From: Spirochaetaceae bacterium
GTDB lineage: Bacteria; Spirochaetota; Spirochaetia; Treponematales; Treponemataceae
Direction: 5' to 3'
Length of the DNA: 64,000 nucleotides
Assembly (NCBI GenBank): GCA_017618015.1
Contig: JAFZVC010000025.1
Coordinates: 166,374-230,373, forward strand
Below the pieces are notes generated by a model. That model worked only from the letters and a program-made list of their open reading frames with translations. It searched no databases and was not told where the DNA came from. The first letter of the stretch is position 1. Every line of letters starts with the position of its first letter. Of this stretch, positions 8,097 through 18,887 are shown piece after piece. The translations under genes and the position numbers were made by a program.

Positions 8097-9647
8097 TTAA
8101 TACTGTGGCGTGTTCTGCCTGTTCCTGAAATCAGTGCAGTTTGCAAGGTTCCGCTCGAACGTTGCCTTGTAGTTGTCAAGAATCTGGAAATCCTTGTTGA
8201 ACTGGCTGCCCGGAATCGCCTCGTCGATGCGAAGCAAATCGGCATACATGTTTTCTATCAGTTTAATGCATGTGTTCAGCTGATAGATTATCTCGTCCAT
8301 AATTGTGTCCGAGGTGTCAACGTTGCCAAGGACAGGAAGAACAGGCTCTCCGTTCGTGTAAACTGTCGCATTCGTACCGTTGTTACGGATTGCATCGTTA
8401 TACTGGCGCTGAAGTTCGGCGATGTTGTCTGATCTTCGTGCGATATCGATTAGCAGGCGTGCATAGCGGATGTATGCCTCGGACTGCATTATCCTTTCTC
8501 CGGTGATTGTTGCGGACTGATCCGCGCTCTTTTGGACAAGATAAACCGGGATTGCGGAACCTGATTTTTCGGCATTTTCCATAGTCTTGTAGCTGTACGA
8601 GAACCATGCTATTGGCTTTGATTTGTCGAAGTCGCCTGAAAGAAGAAGCTCCGTTACTATCGTCTCGTAATCACCGTTGTGGATCGTATCAAGCTCGTAA
8701 GAAACGCTTTGTCCGTCGATGACGTTTTTATAACCCCAAGTTTCAAGGAGCGTCACGCTGTCGGCAAGCTTCAAGTTCATTTTCATGTCACGCGCGGCAG
8801 GAACGAGAAGCCTGTCAAGTTCGGTACTGAATGTTTCTACCATTTTCTCGTGGTTCGATATAAAGCGTGAGCTTCCACCGCCTTCTTCCGCAATGTCTGT
8901 CATAAGGTTTACGTCGGCAGATGTTCCGAGCGCGATGCAGGACACGTTTATATCAAGCTTGTTGTACTGCTTTGCAAGGTTTACGATATCTTCCGTCGTT
9001 TTTCTGTTGTCGTTGTGCTCTCCATCGGTAAGCAGAATTACGCGGTTGTTGTAGGTTGGGTCGTAGTTCGCGATAACTTCCTGGTAGCCTGTTGCAAGTC
9101 CTGCGTAAATGTTTGTTCCTCCGTTTGCTCTCATTGACTGGACTTTGTTCTTGAACTGCTGTTTTTCAACGTATGTTTTCATCTGCGTCGCGGGGAAGTA
9201 AACTGCCGCATCGTTGCTGAATGCGATGAGTGACACGTAATCCGTGGAACGGACGTTTTCGATGAAGATTTCGAACGAATCTTTTACCCAGTCCATTTTG
9301 TTAGCGGATGACATTGAGCCGCTGCAGTCGATTACGAACGCAAGGTTGAACTTGGGCAAGTCTTTGAAAGCTGTTTTCTGGGCTTTCATGCCAAGCTGAA
9401 GATAAGCAAGCTCGCCTTTTTGCTCCGCATCAAGGATGAAATTGACTGATGCGTTTTCTGGAAGGGGATAGTCGTAATCGACCTGCGAAAGATACGCGTC
9501 GATTTCTATTTCGTTTGCGGGGGTTATGTAACCCTGGTTTGAAAGATACATCGCCCTGTCGGAAGAGGTGGTGCTTTCTTTTTTTCCGCCGGCAAAAACA
9601 AGGCTGGCAGAGATTGCGATAAGCATTATTAAAAGAAATCTTTTCAT
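8097..9647 (-). CDS. secreted von Willebrand factor A (VWA) domain protein
   Basis: MIDAS motif FVIDCSGSM. Signal peptide MKRFLLIMLIAISASLVFA. The second ATG (9647) has GGAG 6 nt upstream. Confidence 0.75.
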   Translation of the reverse strand: MKRFLLIMLIAISASLVFAGGKKESTTSSDRAMYLSNQGYITPANEIEIDAYLSQVDYDYPLPENASVNFILDAEQKGELAYLQLGMKAQKTAFKDLPKFNLAFVIDCSGSMSSANKMDWVKDSFEIFIENVRSTDYVSLIAFSNDAAVYFPATQMKTYVEKQQFKNKVQSMRANGGTNIYAGLATGYQEVIANYDPTYNNRVILLTDGEHNDNRKTTEDIVNLAKQYNKLDINVSCIALGTSADVNLMTDIAEEGGGSSRFISNHEKMVETFSTELDRLLVPAARDMKMNLKLADSVTLLETWGYKNVIDGQSVSYELDTIHNGDYETIVTELLLSGDFDKSKPIAWFSYSYKTMENAEKSGSAIPVYLVQKSADQSATITGERIMQSEAYIRYARLLIDIARRSDNIAELQRQYNDAIRNNGTNATVYTNGEPVLPVLGNVDTSDTIMDEIIYQLNTCIKLIENMYADLLRIDEAIPGSQFNKDFQILDNYKATFERNLANCTDFRNRQNTPQY

Positions 9648-9802
9648 TTTACACTCCATGTTACTATTGTAACTCAGAAATTCTGAGTTTTCAATGAAAA
9701 CGCAAGGTGCGAAAATCTACCCGCATTGCCTTTAAAAGCAGAATGGCTATAATAGCGGTTATGTTTCGGTTACCCAGACACCGCTTTGCTAAAAGCGTAG
9801 AT

Positions 9803-11128
9803 ATGACGAAAGGCTCCATCGCTGGAAATCTCCTAAATTTCGCGCTTCCTCTTTTTTGCGGCAACATTTTTCAGCAGCTTTACAACACTGTGGACAGCAT
9901 CGTCGTGGGAAACTTCGTCGGCAAGGAAGCCCTTGCGGCAGTTGGCTCTGTTGATTCCGTGATTTTCACTTTCATAGGCTTTTTCTTAGGAATGGCGACA
10001 GGTGCCGGTGTCGTGATTTCGCAATATTTCGGCGCAAAAGACGAGAAAAACGTGAGTCGCGCTGTCCATACGACGATTGTCTTTACGTTCGTGCTCAGCG
10101 TAGTCTGCACGATAAGCTCTCTGTTCGCTCTGCCGCTTTTCCTAAAACTGCTCGCCATTCCTGCGGACGTGTACGATGAAGCCCGCGTCTATTTGCAGAT
10201 TTATTTTGCGGGTGTTTCCGGAATGCTCTTTTATAACATGGGGTCGGGCATACTCCGCGCTGTGGGCGACTCCCGCCGTCCGCTCTTGTTCCTTCTTTTT
10301 TCGTCCGTTGTGAACATCGTGCTCGATTTGCTTTTTGTCGCCGTTTTCAAGATGGGCGTCGCCGGAGCCGCCTGGGCAACTATAATTTCGCAAGGGCTTT
10401 CCGCGCTTCTTGTTCTTTTTGTTTTGGTGCGTGAAAAAGAGATGTACAGGCTCAGCTTCAAAAAACTGAAGCTCGACCGGTTTATGCTGCGGAATATCGT
10501 GAAAATCGGGTTTCCGAGCGGCCTTCGCATGATGATTGTGTCGTTCTCGAACGTGTTCGTTCAGTCATACATAAACGCGTTCGGCTCGGCGGCGATGGCT
10601 GGATGGTCGAGTTACGGCAAAATCGACAAAATCTGCATTTTGCCTTCGCAGAGCATAGATCTTGCGATAACGACTTTTGCGGGGCAGAACCTTGGCGCGG
10701 GCAACATCGAGCGCACGAAAAAGGGAACGCGGACGGCGCTGTTTATGAACTGGGCGGTGTCGTTCGTTCTGATAGCCGTTACGGTGATATTCGCGGAAAA
10801 GCTTGTCGCGTGTTTTAATCAGGATGCGGATGTGCTGCGTTTTGGAACGATGTTCGTCCGGTACATGATGCCGTTCTATTTGGTTCTAAGCGTTAATTCC
10901 ACACTTTCCGGCTCGCTTCAGGGTGCGGGAAACACGAAAATTCCTGTCGCAATAATGATGGGAAGCTTTATTGTCGTGCGTCAAATTTATCTTTTCATAA
11001 TATCAAAAGTTACTACATCTGTTTTGTGGATTGTGCTCGGATATCCCGTCGGTTGGTGCTTGAGCAGCCTGCTGATGGCAATTTACTACCACCACGCTGA
11101 TTTGGAGCGATACAGGTTAAAATCGTAA
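9803..11128 (+). CDS. MATE family efflux transporter
   Basis: DMTKGSIAGNLLNFALPLFCGNIFQQLYNTVDSIVVG is the canonical MATE N-terminus. Earlier in-frame starts at 9707 and 9743 cannot be excluded. Confidence 0.8.
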   Translation: MTKGSIAGNLLNFALPLFCGNIFQQLYNTVDSIVVGNFVGKEALAAVGSVDSVIFTFIGFFLGMATGAGVVISQYFGAKDEKNVSRAVHTTIVFTFVLSVVCTISSLFALPLFLKLLAIPADVYDEARVYLQIYFAGVSGMLFYNMGSGILRAVGDSRRPLLFLLFSSVVNIVLDLLFVAVFKMGVAGAAWATIISQGLSALLVLFVLVREKEMYRLSFKKLKLDRFMLRNIVKIGFPSGLRMMIVSFSNVFVQSYINAFGSAAMAGWSSYGKIDKICILPSQSIDLAITTFAGQNLGAGNIERTKKGTRTALFMNWAVSFVLIAVTVIFAEKLVACFNQDADVLRFGTMFVRYMMPFYLVLSVNSTLSGSLQGAGNTKIPVAIMMGSFIVVRQIYLFIISKVTTSVLWIVLGYPVGWCLSSLLMAIYYHHADLERYRLKS

Positions 11129-11166
11129 GGGCGCATTTTGGCAGCCGTAAGCGTCCGCCAAAATAA

Positions 11167-12420
11167 TCAGTCATCCAGAGTAACCGTTATATTTTCCTGA
11201 TTTTTGCCGCGCTGTACCGTGAGCACAACCTTGTCGCCTGGGCGTTTGCTTTCCAAAAGCGAATAGTAGTCCGCAATCGATGTCGTCGCTGTGCCGTCAA
11301 CCGCCACGATTACGTCGCCGCCAAGATAAATCGTTGTGTAGTTAAAGCGGCTTCCGTACTGGACAGCCTGCGTTCCCGCCTTAAGCCCCGCTTTTACGGC
11401 GTTGCTCGACTCGTCCAGTTCCGAAACAAGCAGTCCCGATGACACTGAAAGCCCGGCGTACTTCGCTATTTGTGACGTAAGCTGTATGAGCTTTCCGTTG
11501 ATTGTTCCGCGGTGAACTTTTCCGTACTGAATCAAATCTGCTACGACACGCTTGGCTGTATCCACGGAGACAGCAAAACCGATTCCCGCGGAACTTCCAG
11601 AGGTGGAGTAAATCATCGTGTTAATGCCGATCATGCGGCCCTGCGTGTCCAAGAGCGGTCCGCCGGAGTTACCCGGGTTTATGGCAGAGTCAGTCTGAAT
11701 CATGTTACGGATTATTGTGCCGTCCTCGTTCTTAATAGGTCTTCCAAGCCCGGAAACGATACCGGTCGTGAGCGTTCTTTCAAAACCGAACGGGTTTCCT
11801 ATAGCGAGAACTTTCTGCCCGACCTTAAGGCTTTCTGAACTGCCGAACGGAATTGTAGAAAGCTCCATGCCGGCGGGCGGGTCGAACTTCAATACGGCTA
11901 TATCAGATGCGGAATCAGTTCCGATGACTGTTCCTTCGTACTGCGAGCCGTCAGAAAGCGATATGTAGATTTTGTATGCATTTTCTATGACGTGAAGGTT
12001 CGTCACGATATAGCCACGTGCGTCGATTATTGAGCCAGAACCGGAGCCTGAATCCTGCGGAACGGCGTTGAAGAACCAGTCGTACGCCATGACCTGCGTG
12101 CTTATGTTGACGACAGCCTCGTTGCATTTTTCATAGACTGATATGTTCTGAAGCTCATCCTGAGTATATCCAGATGTGGTGTTCGCTGTCTGTACGACAG
12201 GTTCTTTCGTGTTTTGGCGAAGCGATGAAATAAAAACTTCCGTTTCTTCATCGACGGTTTTTGTGTCGGTTGAAGTTGCCGCGACAATCTTGTTGTCGGT
12301 TTCTGCCGAAACTTTAGCATTCGTAAGCTTATATGTGATAAAGCCGGTAGCTGCTGCGACTGCGGCAATTGTAATCAGTATCGTTATAAAAAGATGTTGG
12401 CGTGTATATAGCTTCATCAT
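11167..12420 (-). CDS. htrA: HtrA/DegP-family serine protease with PDZ domain
   Basis: Trypsin-like catalytic motifs TNLHV (His), DIAVLK (Asp) and GNSGGPLLD (Ser). It has a C-terminal PDZ-like region and an N-terminal membrane anchor. Confidence 0.85.
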   Translation of the reverse strand: MMKLYTRQHLFITILITIAAVAAATGFITYKLTNAKVSAETDNKIVAATSTDTKTVDEETEVFISSLRQNTKEPVVQTANTTSGYTQDELQNISVYEKCNEAVVNISTQVMAYDWFFNAVPQDSGSGSGSIIDARGYIVTNLHVIENAYKIYISLSDGSQYEGTVIGTDSASDIAVLKFDPPAGMELSTIPFGSSESLKVGQKVLAIGNPFGFERTLTTGIVSGLGRPIKNEDGTIIRNMIQTDSAINPGNSGGPLLDTQGRMIGINTMIYSTSGSSAGIGFAVSVDTAKRVVADLIQYGKVHRGTINGKLIQLTSQIAKYAGLSVSSGLLVSELDESSNAVKAGLKAGTQAVQYGSRFNYTTIYLGGDVIVAVDGTATTSIADYYSLLESKRPGDKVVLTVQRGKNQENITVTLDD

Positions 12421-12504
12421 AATCTCCGAAAAAAAAGCGATTTCATTTAAAATATAGCCTCAAAGTAATGGAAAAGGCAAGATAATGTGATAGAATAAAA
12501 ATAT

Positions 12505-13062
12505 ATGAAACGTTTTGTATGTATTTTATGTGCGCTTATGTGCGTTGTAGCAGTCACTGCCGAATCTGGATTCGATTTTACGTGGGCATTTGGTTCTTCA
12601 GGTATTATTTATGGGGATCCTGATTTTGTGACTCAGTTCGATACGATTAAGGCTCGTGGAAACAAGGATATTGTCCTTTCTGGTGAGGCGGGCATACGGA
12701 TGATGTTCACCGATTATATCGGCGTAACAGTAAATGCGATTCTAAACTTTGACATGCTCATGTTTGAAGATTTCAATCTTTTCTTCGACTATGGCATTGC
12801 AAGCGGAGTAAGAGTTTTCACAGGTCTTGGCGGGCTTAACCTTGGCATTGAGTATGTGACGGGCCGGAGAACCGATTTCGTTCATGATGCCGTTACTACA
12901 TCGTCTTCCTGGGGCAATGGTTTCCGCTTTATGATTGAGTACGAGTTCAAAAATCTGATAAAGACTTTTTCTCCGTCACTCGGAGTTGCATGGCGAAGAA
13001 TGCCAAGAGGCAACAACGCGGCGGATAATATAATAACTTTCTATATTAGAGCACCGTTCTAA
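12505..13062 (+). CDS. putative outer-membrane beta-barrel protein
   Basis: Signal peptide MKRFVCILCALMCVVAVTA, alternating amphipathic strands and a C-terminal Phe (...FYIRAPF). Confidence 0.45.
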   Translation: MKRFVCILCALMCVVAVTAESGFDFTWAFGSSGIIYGDPDFVTQFDTIKARGNKDIVLSGEAGIRMMFTDYIGVTVNAILNFDMLMFEDFNLFFDYGIASGVRVFTGLGGLNLGIEYVTGRRTDFVHDAVTTSSSWGNGFRFMIEYEFKNLIKTFSPSLGVAWRRMPRGNNAADNIITFYIRAPF

Positions 13063-13072
13063 GGAAAACTGT

Positions 13073-13999
13073 ATGAGCGCGCAGAATCATTCCGTTTTAA
13101 GCGTTGGCAATGTGTCGGTCGATATTAAGGCATTCTGTGGCGAGGAACTTGTCCCTGGCGCATATCGGGATGGTAGCATAGAGCTCGTTCCGGGCGGAGT
13201 AGGGCGCGGAATGGCGATAAATCTCAAGCATCTTGGATTTTCGTCAGCTATCTGTTCTGTTGTTGGAAAAGATCTTTTTGGCGATTTTCTACGGACTGGA
13301 CTGGAAAAAGATAAAATCTCGACGGAGCTTTTAAAGACAAGCAACGAAAACAAAACGGCTCTTTTTTCGGTTATGGCGTCATCCGGGCGGGCTGCGCGAT
13401 GTGTTTACAGTATGCGGATTCTGCAGGAAATTGTTTTTGATGACGCGGTTAAGGCGTTTTTGGATGCGGGAAAAGCCGATGTTCTGTGCATGGATTCTAA
13501 TCCGCCGGAGGAAACGCTCGCAAGGTTTTACAAGTATGTTGATGATAAGCCGATTTTTGTGTTCCAAAACGCGACAGCACCTGATATAGCGCGGAAAAGC
13601 TTGCCTTATGCAAAACGCGTCAATTTGTTCGGCTGCAATGAGTTCGAGGCGGCTGAAATTCTGGGGGAAGAAGCTTTCCCAGATCCGGCTTGCGCAGCGA
13701 AACTCGCTTCTTTGGGATTCCGTCATTTTATAATCACTTTTGGTGACAGAGGCGTTATGGTCTACAAAGACGGCGAGGTTTGGAACGAGAAACCGTACAA
13801 TCCGTCTTATATTGAAGATACTGTTGGTGCGGGTGACGCGTTCGCATCGGGATATTTGTTCGGATATGTCACCGGACAGCCTGTGAAACGATGTATTCAG
13901 TATGGTCTTGCCTGCGCGAAGGAAACGCTTCATACGCGGCAGACGGTAAGCGAATTCCTTTCTCCTGATTTTTTGGAATCGTACCCGGATTTCCGCTAA
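13073..13999 (+). CDS. PfkB-family carbohydrate/nucleoside kinase
   Basis: It has the GGVGRG N-terminal motif and the DTVGAGDAF anion-hole motif of ribokinase/PfkB kinases. Confidence 0.75.
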   Translation: MSAQNHSVLSVGNVSVDIKAFCGEELVPGAYRDGSIELVPGGVGRGMAINLKHLGFSSAICSVVGKDLFGDFLRTGLEKDKISTELLKTSNENKTALFSVMASSGRAARCVYSMRILQEIVFDDAVKAFLDAGKADVLCMDSNPPEETLARFYKYVDDKPIFVFQNATAPDIARKSLPYAKRVNLFGCNEFEAAEILGEEAFPDPACAAKLASLGFRHFIITFGDRGVMVYKDGEVWNEKPYNPSYIEDTVGAGDAFASGYLFGYVTGQPVKRCIQYGLACAKETLHTRQTVSEFLSPDFLESYPDFR

Positions 14000-14017
14000 T
14001 TCGCTGCGGGGAAAAAG

Positions 14018-15226
14018 ATGCGGTACGGTTTTGCAGTCGATATAGGAACGACGAATATCGAGATTTCGCTGTGGGATCTTGATTCGAGTGCGACTTCAGT
14101 TTGTGGCGATCCCGCTGGCGAGGCTTTAGTTCTCCGCACGGTTCCCCTAAAAACAAAAAATGTCCGCAACTGTCTTTGCTATTACGGCGCAGATGTCGTT
14201 TCCCGCATTTTGTACGCTCATTACAACGGTGTTGAAGTCCTGCAAAAAAAACTCGTCGCGCAACTGAAAGAAGAATTTGATTTGATGATTCGCGAAGTTC
14301 ACGGCGAATCTGCCCCGGAAGAGTCCCGGTCTGAGGCTGCCCGCGCCGTATTTACTGGAAACACGGTGATGCTCCACATTTTGAGTGGGCTTTCTGTGTC
14401 TGGTTTTGAAAAAGCACCTTTTACGCCTGTTTCTCTTTTTGGGGGCGCGGAGCCTGCCGCTTCTGCGCTCGCGTCGCTTTCTGATGAAGTCGTTCTGCCG
14501 CCTTGTATAGGCGCGTTCCTTGGTGCGGACATTGTGTGCGCATCATTAACCGCGGAAAACGCCGTTTCCGGCGGCTTTGCTTCGGGCGGCGCACCTGGTG
14601 CGGAAGCGGGTTCTGCACAAGGAGTGCCGTATATCGTCATCGACATAGGTACGAACACGGAAATAATGCTTGTTGATGCTGACGGAACGCGAACAGCTTG
14701 TTCCGCAGCGGCAGGCCCCGCGTTTGAGGGCGGCGGTCTTAGCGTAGAGATGAAAGGTTCTGCGCTCGTCGCAGAACTGGCACGTATGCTCGATGAAGGC
14801 ATTATGGACGAAACGGGATATATTTCAGAGAACAATGCGGACGAGCGCAGAACAACACTTAACCAGCAGGATGTACGCCAGCTTCAGCTCGCGAAGGGTG
14901 CGACAGCCGCTGCTGTAGAAACGCTCTTGCAGTCTGTCGGGCTTGACGCAGCAGGCATAAAAAAATGTTTTATTTGCGGTAATTTTGGCAATGCACTCGA
15001 CATATATGCTGTAAAAAAGACAGGGCTTTTGCCTGCTGCTCTTGCGGAAAAAGCTGTTTACGCGGGGAACGCGGCCCTTCGCGGCGCGGAACTTATCCTG
15101 CTTTCTAAGACCGCCGCCCTGCGCCATGCATCAGAAATTGCGGCAAATACGGTTGTCCTGCAGCTTGCGGATAGCCCTGTTTTCGCGGAAAAATACATAC
15201 AACGAATGAATTTTGTCGCGTTCTAA
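14018..15226 (+). CDS. ASKHA-fold ATPase domain protein (DUF4445 / RACo C-terminal-like)
   Basis: It has the phosphate motifs DIGTTNI and VIDIGTNTE plus AAGPAFEGG, as in DUF4445 proteins. No N-terminal 2Fe-2S domain is present. Confidence 0.6.
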   Translation: MRYGFAVDIGTTNIEISLWDLDSSATSVCGDPAGEALVLRTVPLKTKNVRNCLCYYGADVVSRILYAHYNGVEVLQKKLVAQLKEEFDLMIREVHGESAPEESRSEAARAVFTGNTVMLHILSGLSVSGFEKAPFTPVSLFGGAEPAASALASLSDEVVLPPCIGAFLGADIVCASLTAENAVSGGFASGGAPGAEAGSAQGVPYIVIDIGTNTEIMLVDADGTRTACSAAAGPAFEGGGLSVEMKGSALVAELARMLDEGIMDETGYISENNADERRTTLNQQDVRQLQLAKGATAAAVETLLQSVGLDAAGIKKCFICGNFGNALDIYAVKKTGLLPAALAEKAVYAGNAALRGAELILLSKTAALRHASEIAANTVVLQLADSPVFAEKYIQRMNFVAF

Positions 15227-15293
15227 AAATGCCCGCGCCCTATCTTCGCGTCACAATAAAAAAAATCCGCACAAAAACGTGCGGATTTTTTTG

Positions 15294-16517
15294 TTACACT
15301 TTGCTGTGTTTTCGGAACTCGCTCGGCGTCATGCCTTTTATGCCCTTGAACACGCGCGTGAAGTAGTTCATGTCGCTGAAACCAACGAAAGTCGCGATAT
15401 CTTCGATGCTCGCGTTACTCGTCTCCAAAAGCTCGAACGCTTTTTCAATGCGCCGCTGATTGATGTACGTCGAAATAGAGAACTTCGTCTCGCGGTTGAA
15501 CACTGCAGAAAGATAGTTCGGGCTTACGTTTATCGCCGAGGCGATTTCCGGCAGATGGATATCCGAGCTAAGGTGCGTGTTGATATAGTTCAATGCCTGG
15601 CGAACCATCGGCGTGTATTTGATAAGAGAATGCTGCGTTACGAGCTTGCAATACTCAACGATGCAGTCTTCCTGAAGCTTGCGGAGTTCTTCTACACTGT
15701 TCTTGTTCTCTATCATAGAGATTATCTGGTTAGAAAGGCTGTCTATGTAAAGCGGATGAACATACGCCTTTTCGACGGCTTTGCGCAGAATCGTGTTATG
15801 GATGATACACAGGTTCTTTGCGTTGCGGAGCGATGCCATGTACCGCTTGTTGTTCTCGAGCTCGACGCGGAGAATGCACCAAGTCTGCAGTGCGCCTACG
15901 CTGTTTCCCTGCGTAACGTCCGCTTGCATCCTCGTTTCGAGCGAGTAGCGGCGTTCCGTCTGCGCCATGTAGATGTGCTCTTCCTCTATGAAGTAATCGG
16001 CTGACTCCACCTTTTTCTCTGTTCCGAACGGATAAACCGACCGGCATTCAGGTTCGCCCGTTATGCCGTAGTAGTTGTTTATGCAGCTTCTTGCTACGGT
16101 GATAATCTTTGTGCTTGAGCATATCGGGATGGAATGATAGTACATTTTGAGTGGCGATGCATATGCCGCCTGCAGGTTGTTGCGGAGCAGTGCCTTTTGC
16201 GTAAGGTTGTCCGGCATCTGCTGCGTAAAGTAAGGCCCTATCACAATAAAAGCCGGATTCTTGTAGTCTTCCGATTCAGGAAGCCTCATGGCTGCCCATT
16301 TAAGGAAGTAGTGGTCTTCTATATCGTATACGATTTTTTCAGAAAGCTTGTTAAGATATGCCAGAATATCAGCACCGTTGTAGGACATTCCTGCCATCGG
16401 CGGGGTAAGCTTCGAGAAAAAAGCCGTAGCCGACTCTTCCGTGTTCTCTATTACAGAGACATTCACAGAAAGTAAGGTTTCTATAAGTTCTTTAGTAAAA
16501 GGTATTATCGCGTTCAT
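15294..16517 (-). CDS. AraC-family transcriptional regulator
   Basis: C-terminal double HTH (…IASAINVSPNYLSAVFNRETK…IEDIATFVGFSDMNYFTRVFKGIKGMTPSEFR). Start moved to MNAIIPF (ATG 16517). Confidence 0.75.
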   Translation of the reverse strand: MNAIIPFTKELIETLLSVNVSVIENTEESATAFFSKLTPPMAGMSYNGADILAYLNKLSEKIVYDIEDHYFLKWAAMRLPESEDYKNPAFIVIGPYFTQQMPDNLTQKALLRNNLQAAYASPLKMYYHSIPICSSTKIITVARSCINNYYGITGEPECRSVYPFGTEKKVESADYFIEEEHIYMAQTERRYSLETRMQADVTQGNSVGALQTWCILRVELENNKRYMASLRNAKNLCIIHNTILRKAVEKAYVHPLYIDSLSNQIISMIENKNSVEELRKLQEDCIVEYCKLVTQHSLIKYTPMVRQALNYINTHLSSDIHLPEIASAINVSPNYLSAVFNRETKFSISTYINQRRIEKAFELLETSNASIEDIATFVGFSDMNYFTRVFKGIKGMTPSEFRKHSKV

Positions 16518-16669
16518 TTTGATTAATCTCTCTACAGTTTTGCCCGTACCTATAATTTTATTCCATAATCTTAAAAAAAACAACAAATTCGTAATTTTTT
16601 GAACACATTTTTTTGTAAATTTCTTTAAAACTGCTGAAATCTGCAAAATGTTTAAGATTTTTTGCGTCC

Positions 16670-16698
16670 TTGACTAACGAAACGACGATTTGTAAGAT
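16670..16698 (+). promoter_or_regulatory. sigma-70 promoter of hisHF, positioned for a leaderless transcript
   Basis: TTGACT-17 nt-TAAGAT. The -10 box ends 5 nt before ATG 16704, and there is no SD. Confidence 0.45.
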
Positions 16699-16703
16699 TA
16701 GCC

Positions 16704-17390
16704 ATGATTGGTATTATAGACTACAACGCTGGTAATATTAAAAGCGTTGAGCGGGCTTTGGACTCGCTCGGAATTGAGTATGTCTGCTCCAAGAATCCGT
16801 TGGAGCTTCAAAAATCCGATAAAATTATTTTCCCTGGTGTGGGCGAGGCGAACTTCGCGATGAAGCAGCTTAACTCGAACGGTGGCGCGTCTTTTTTGAA
16901 AGACTTTGCCGCTTCCGGTAAGCCGCTGCTTGGTATTTGCCTTGGCTCGCAGATTATTTTTGACTATTCGGAAGAAGGCGATACGCAGTGCCTTGGCATT
17001 CTTAAGGGAAAGATCCGCCATTTTGAGAACCTTTTCAAAGAAAACAACGTAAGTTATATAGGAAGCGATTCAAAGCGACACGGCGATTCTGGGGCTGTGC
17101 TTAAAATTCCGCACATGGGATGGAGCTCGCTGACGTTCAATAAGGACGGTACGCCCGGAAGTTCCGATTTCTATCTTGTTAAAAACGTTCGCGACGGCAG
17201 CGACTTTTATTTTGTACACTCATATGTGATTCAGCCGGAGAGCGAGGATGTCGTTGTTATGTGGGCGGATTACGGTGTGCCTGTTCCGGCGGTGATTCAC
17301 TGCGGTAACGTTATGGCGGCGCAGTTCCACCCGGAAAAATCGGCGGAGTGCGGTCTTTCTGTGCTGCGTGCTTTTGCGGAGGGGGTCTGA
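16704..17390 (+). CDS. hisH: imidazole glycerol phosphate synthase, glutamine amidotransferase subunit
   Basis: [15 protein letters not shown] start, catalytic GICLGSQ and the HSY / FHPEKS triad motifs. Confidence 0.85.
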   Translation: MIGIIDYNAGNIKSVERALDSLGIEYVCSKNPLELQKSDKIIFPGVGEANFAMKQLNSNGGASFLKDFAASGKPLLGICLGSQIIFDYSEEGDTQCLGILKGKIRHFENLFKENNVSYIGSDSKRHGDSGAVLKIPHMGWSSLTFNKDGTPGSSDFYLVKNVRDGSDFYFVHSYVIQPESEDVVVMWADYGVPVPAVIHCGNVMAAQFHPEKSAECGLSVLRAFAEGV

Positions 17391-17391
17391 A

Positions 17392-18171
17392 ATGCTGAAA
17401 AAAAGAATTATCGTTTGTCTTGATGTTAAGGACGGACGCACGACAAAAGGCGTTAAGTTTTTGAATAACGTAGATATAGGCGATCCGGTGGAAATGGCTG
17501 CCGAGTATTACAGACAGGGCGTTGACGAGCTCGTCTTTTACGATATCATCGCTTCTGCGCGCGGACGCGGCCCGATACTCGACCTTATCTCACGCGTTGC
17601 GTCTCAGGTTTTCATTCCGTTCTGCGTTGGTGGCGGCATTGGTACTGTGGACGATATCCGCTCGACGATTCTCGCCGGCGCGGAGAAAATAAGCCTTAAC
17701 TCAAAGGCTGTACAGAACCCCCAGCTCATAAGCGAGGGAGCGCGGATTTTCGGCAATCAGTGCATAGTGCTTGGTATGGACGCGAAAAAAGATGAGACGA
17801 TGCCTTCCGGCTATCGTGTTTATATAAACGGCGGGCGCATTGCGACGGAGCTTGATGCGCGGGAATGGGCTATTCAGGCTGTAAAGCTTGGAGCTGGGGA
17901 AATTGTTCTTAACTCTATGGATGCGGATGGAACCCGCGCCGGCTACGAACTGAACCTTACCCGTATGATCAGCGATGCTGTCAGCGTTCCTGTTGTCGCG
18001 TCCGGCGGTGGCGGAACGGTCGCGCATATGCGTGATGTGCTTTCCGACGGCGAAAATGGCGGCCATGCGGACGCTGCGCTTATCGCGAGCATGGTTCACT
18101 CCGGCGACTACACGATTGGCGGTATAAAGAAAGATCTTGCGAAAGACGGCGTTCCTGTGCGGCTTGTGTAG
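17392..18171 (+). CDS. hisF: imidazole glycerol phosphate synthase, cyclase subunit
   Basis: [18 protein letters not shown] and ASGGGG motifs. ATG 17392 lies 1 nt after the hisH stop. Confidence 0.9.
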   Translation: MLKKRIIVCLDVKDGRTTKGVKFLNNVDIGDPVEMAAEYYRQGVDELVFYDIIASARGRGPILDLISRVASQVFIPFCVGGGIGTVDDIRSTILAGAEKISLNSKAVQNPQLISEGARIFGNQCIVLGMDAKKDETMPSGYRVYINGGRIATELDAREWAIQAVKLGAGEIVLNSMDADGTRAGYELNLTRMISDAVSVPVVASGGGGTVAHMRDVLSDGENGGHADAALIASMVHSGDYTIGGIKKDLAKDGVPVRLV

Positions 18172-18172
18172 G

Positions 18173-18670
18173 TCAGCTTTGTTGACCATTTGGCTTTGAC
18201 TGGTTTTTCTTCAAAAATTCTAAAAGTGTCGGCAGATAAAGCCTGTCCTCGTGCGCGATATGCGTCTGAATCCAGTCCCGCAAAAAATGCGCGAATTTCA
18301 AGGCTTCAGCAATTGGAAGATTCTCAATGCGGACGTAAGTTATCTCGCACTTTTCGGTAAACGCGTCGTGGCTTGCCTTGTGCTGTTTGTATCCGCTGAA
18401 ATGAGAGGCAAGCATGAGCCGCTCCTCTTCCCTAAAGTGGGTTCCGGCATATTCCAGGCATTTTTCCATCGTCTGCTTTACCAAAGTTTTGTAATTCCAT
18501 GTGTCATTGTTTTTTAAGAGGCTCTGATAAAAATCGTTGCATAGACTGACAAGATGTTCGTGCTGTTTATCAATTATCGGAATCCCGATTTTGAACTTTG
18601 GATCCCATTCGATGAATTCTGTTTTCTTTGAACTGGATGATATGTGTTTTATCTGCATGTTGCGCTCCAA
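18173..18670 (-). CDS. hemerythrin-like metal-binding protein (bacteriohemerythrin)
   Basis: IEWDPKFKIGIPIIDKQHEHL ... HFREEE ... H..H ... HI..ED matches the H-HxxxE-H-HxxxxD iron-ligand pattern. Confidence 0.8.
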   Translation of the reverse strand: MERNMQIKHISSSSKKTEFIEWDPKFKIGIPIIDKQHEHLVSLCNDFYQSLLKNNDTWNYKTLVKQTMEKCLEYAGTHFREEERLMLASHFSGYKQHKASHDAFTEKCEITYVRIENLPIAEALKFAHFLRDWIQTHIAHEDRLYLPTLLEFLKKNQSKPNGQQS

Positions 18671-18887
18671 GTCAGATTATAATGCAAAATTTGAGGTTTG
18701 GAATATTTTTTTGCAAAAAAAAACAGGATAAACGCTCTCTCCTGCGATTATCCTGCCTTTAATGGGGGGACTTTTTTCATTAATATATGTCAAATCTCAA
18801 CCGAATACATTTACACTATATCAGACTAATCTAAATTTTATCTAAACTGTTTACAAAAATTTTCAGAATCGGTAAAATTCTTTCAAC

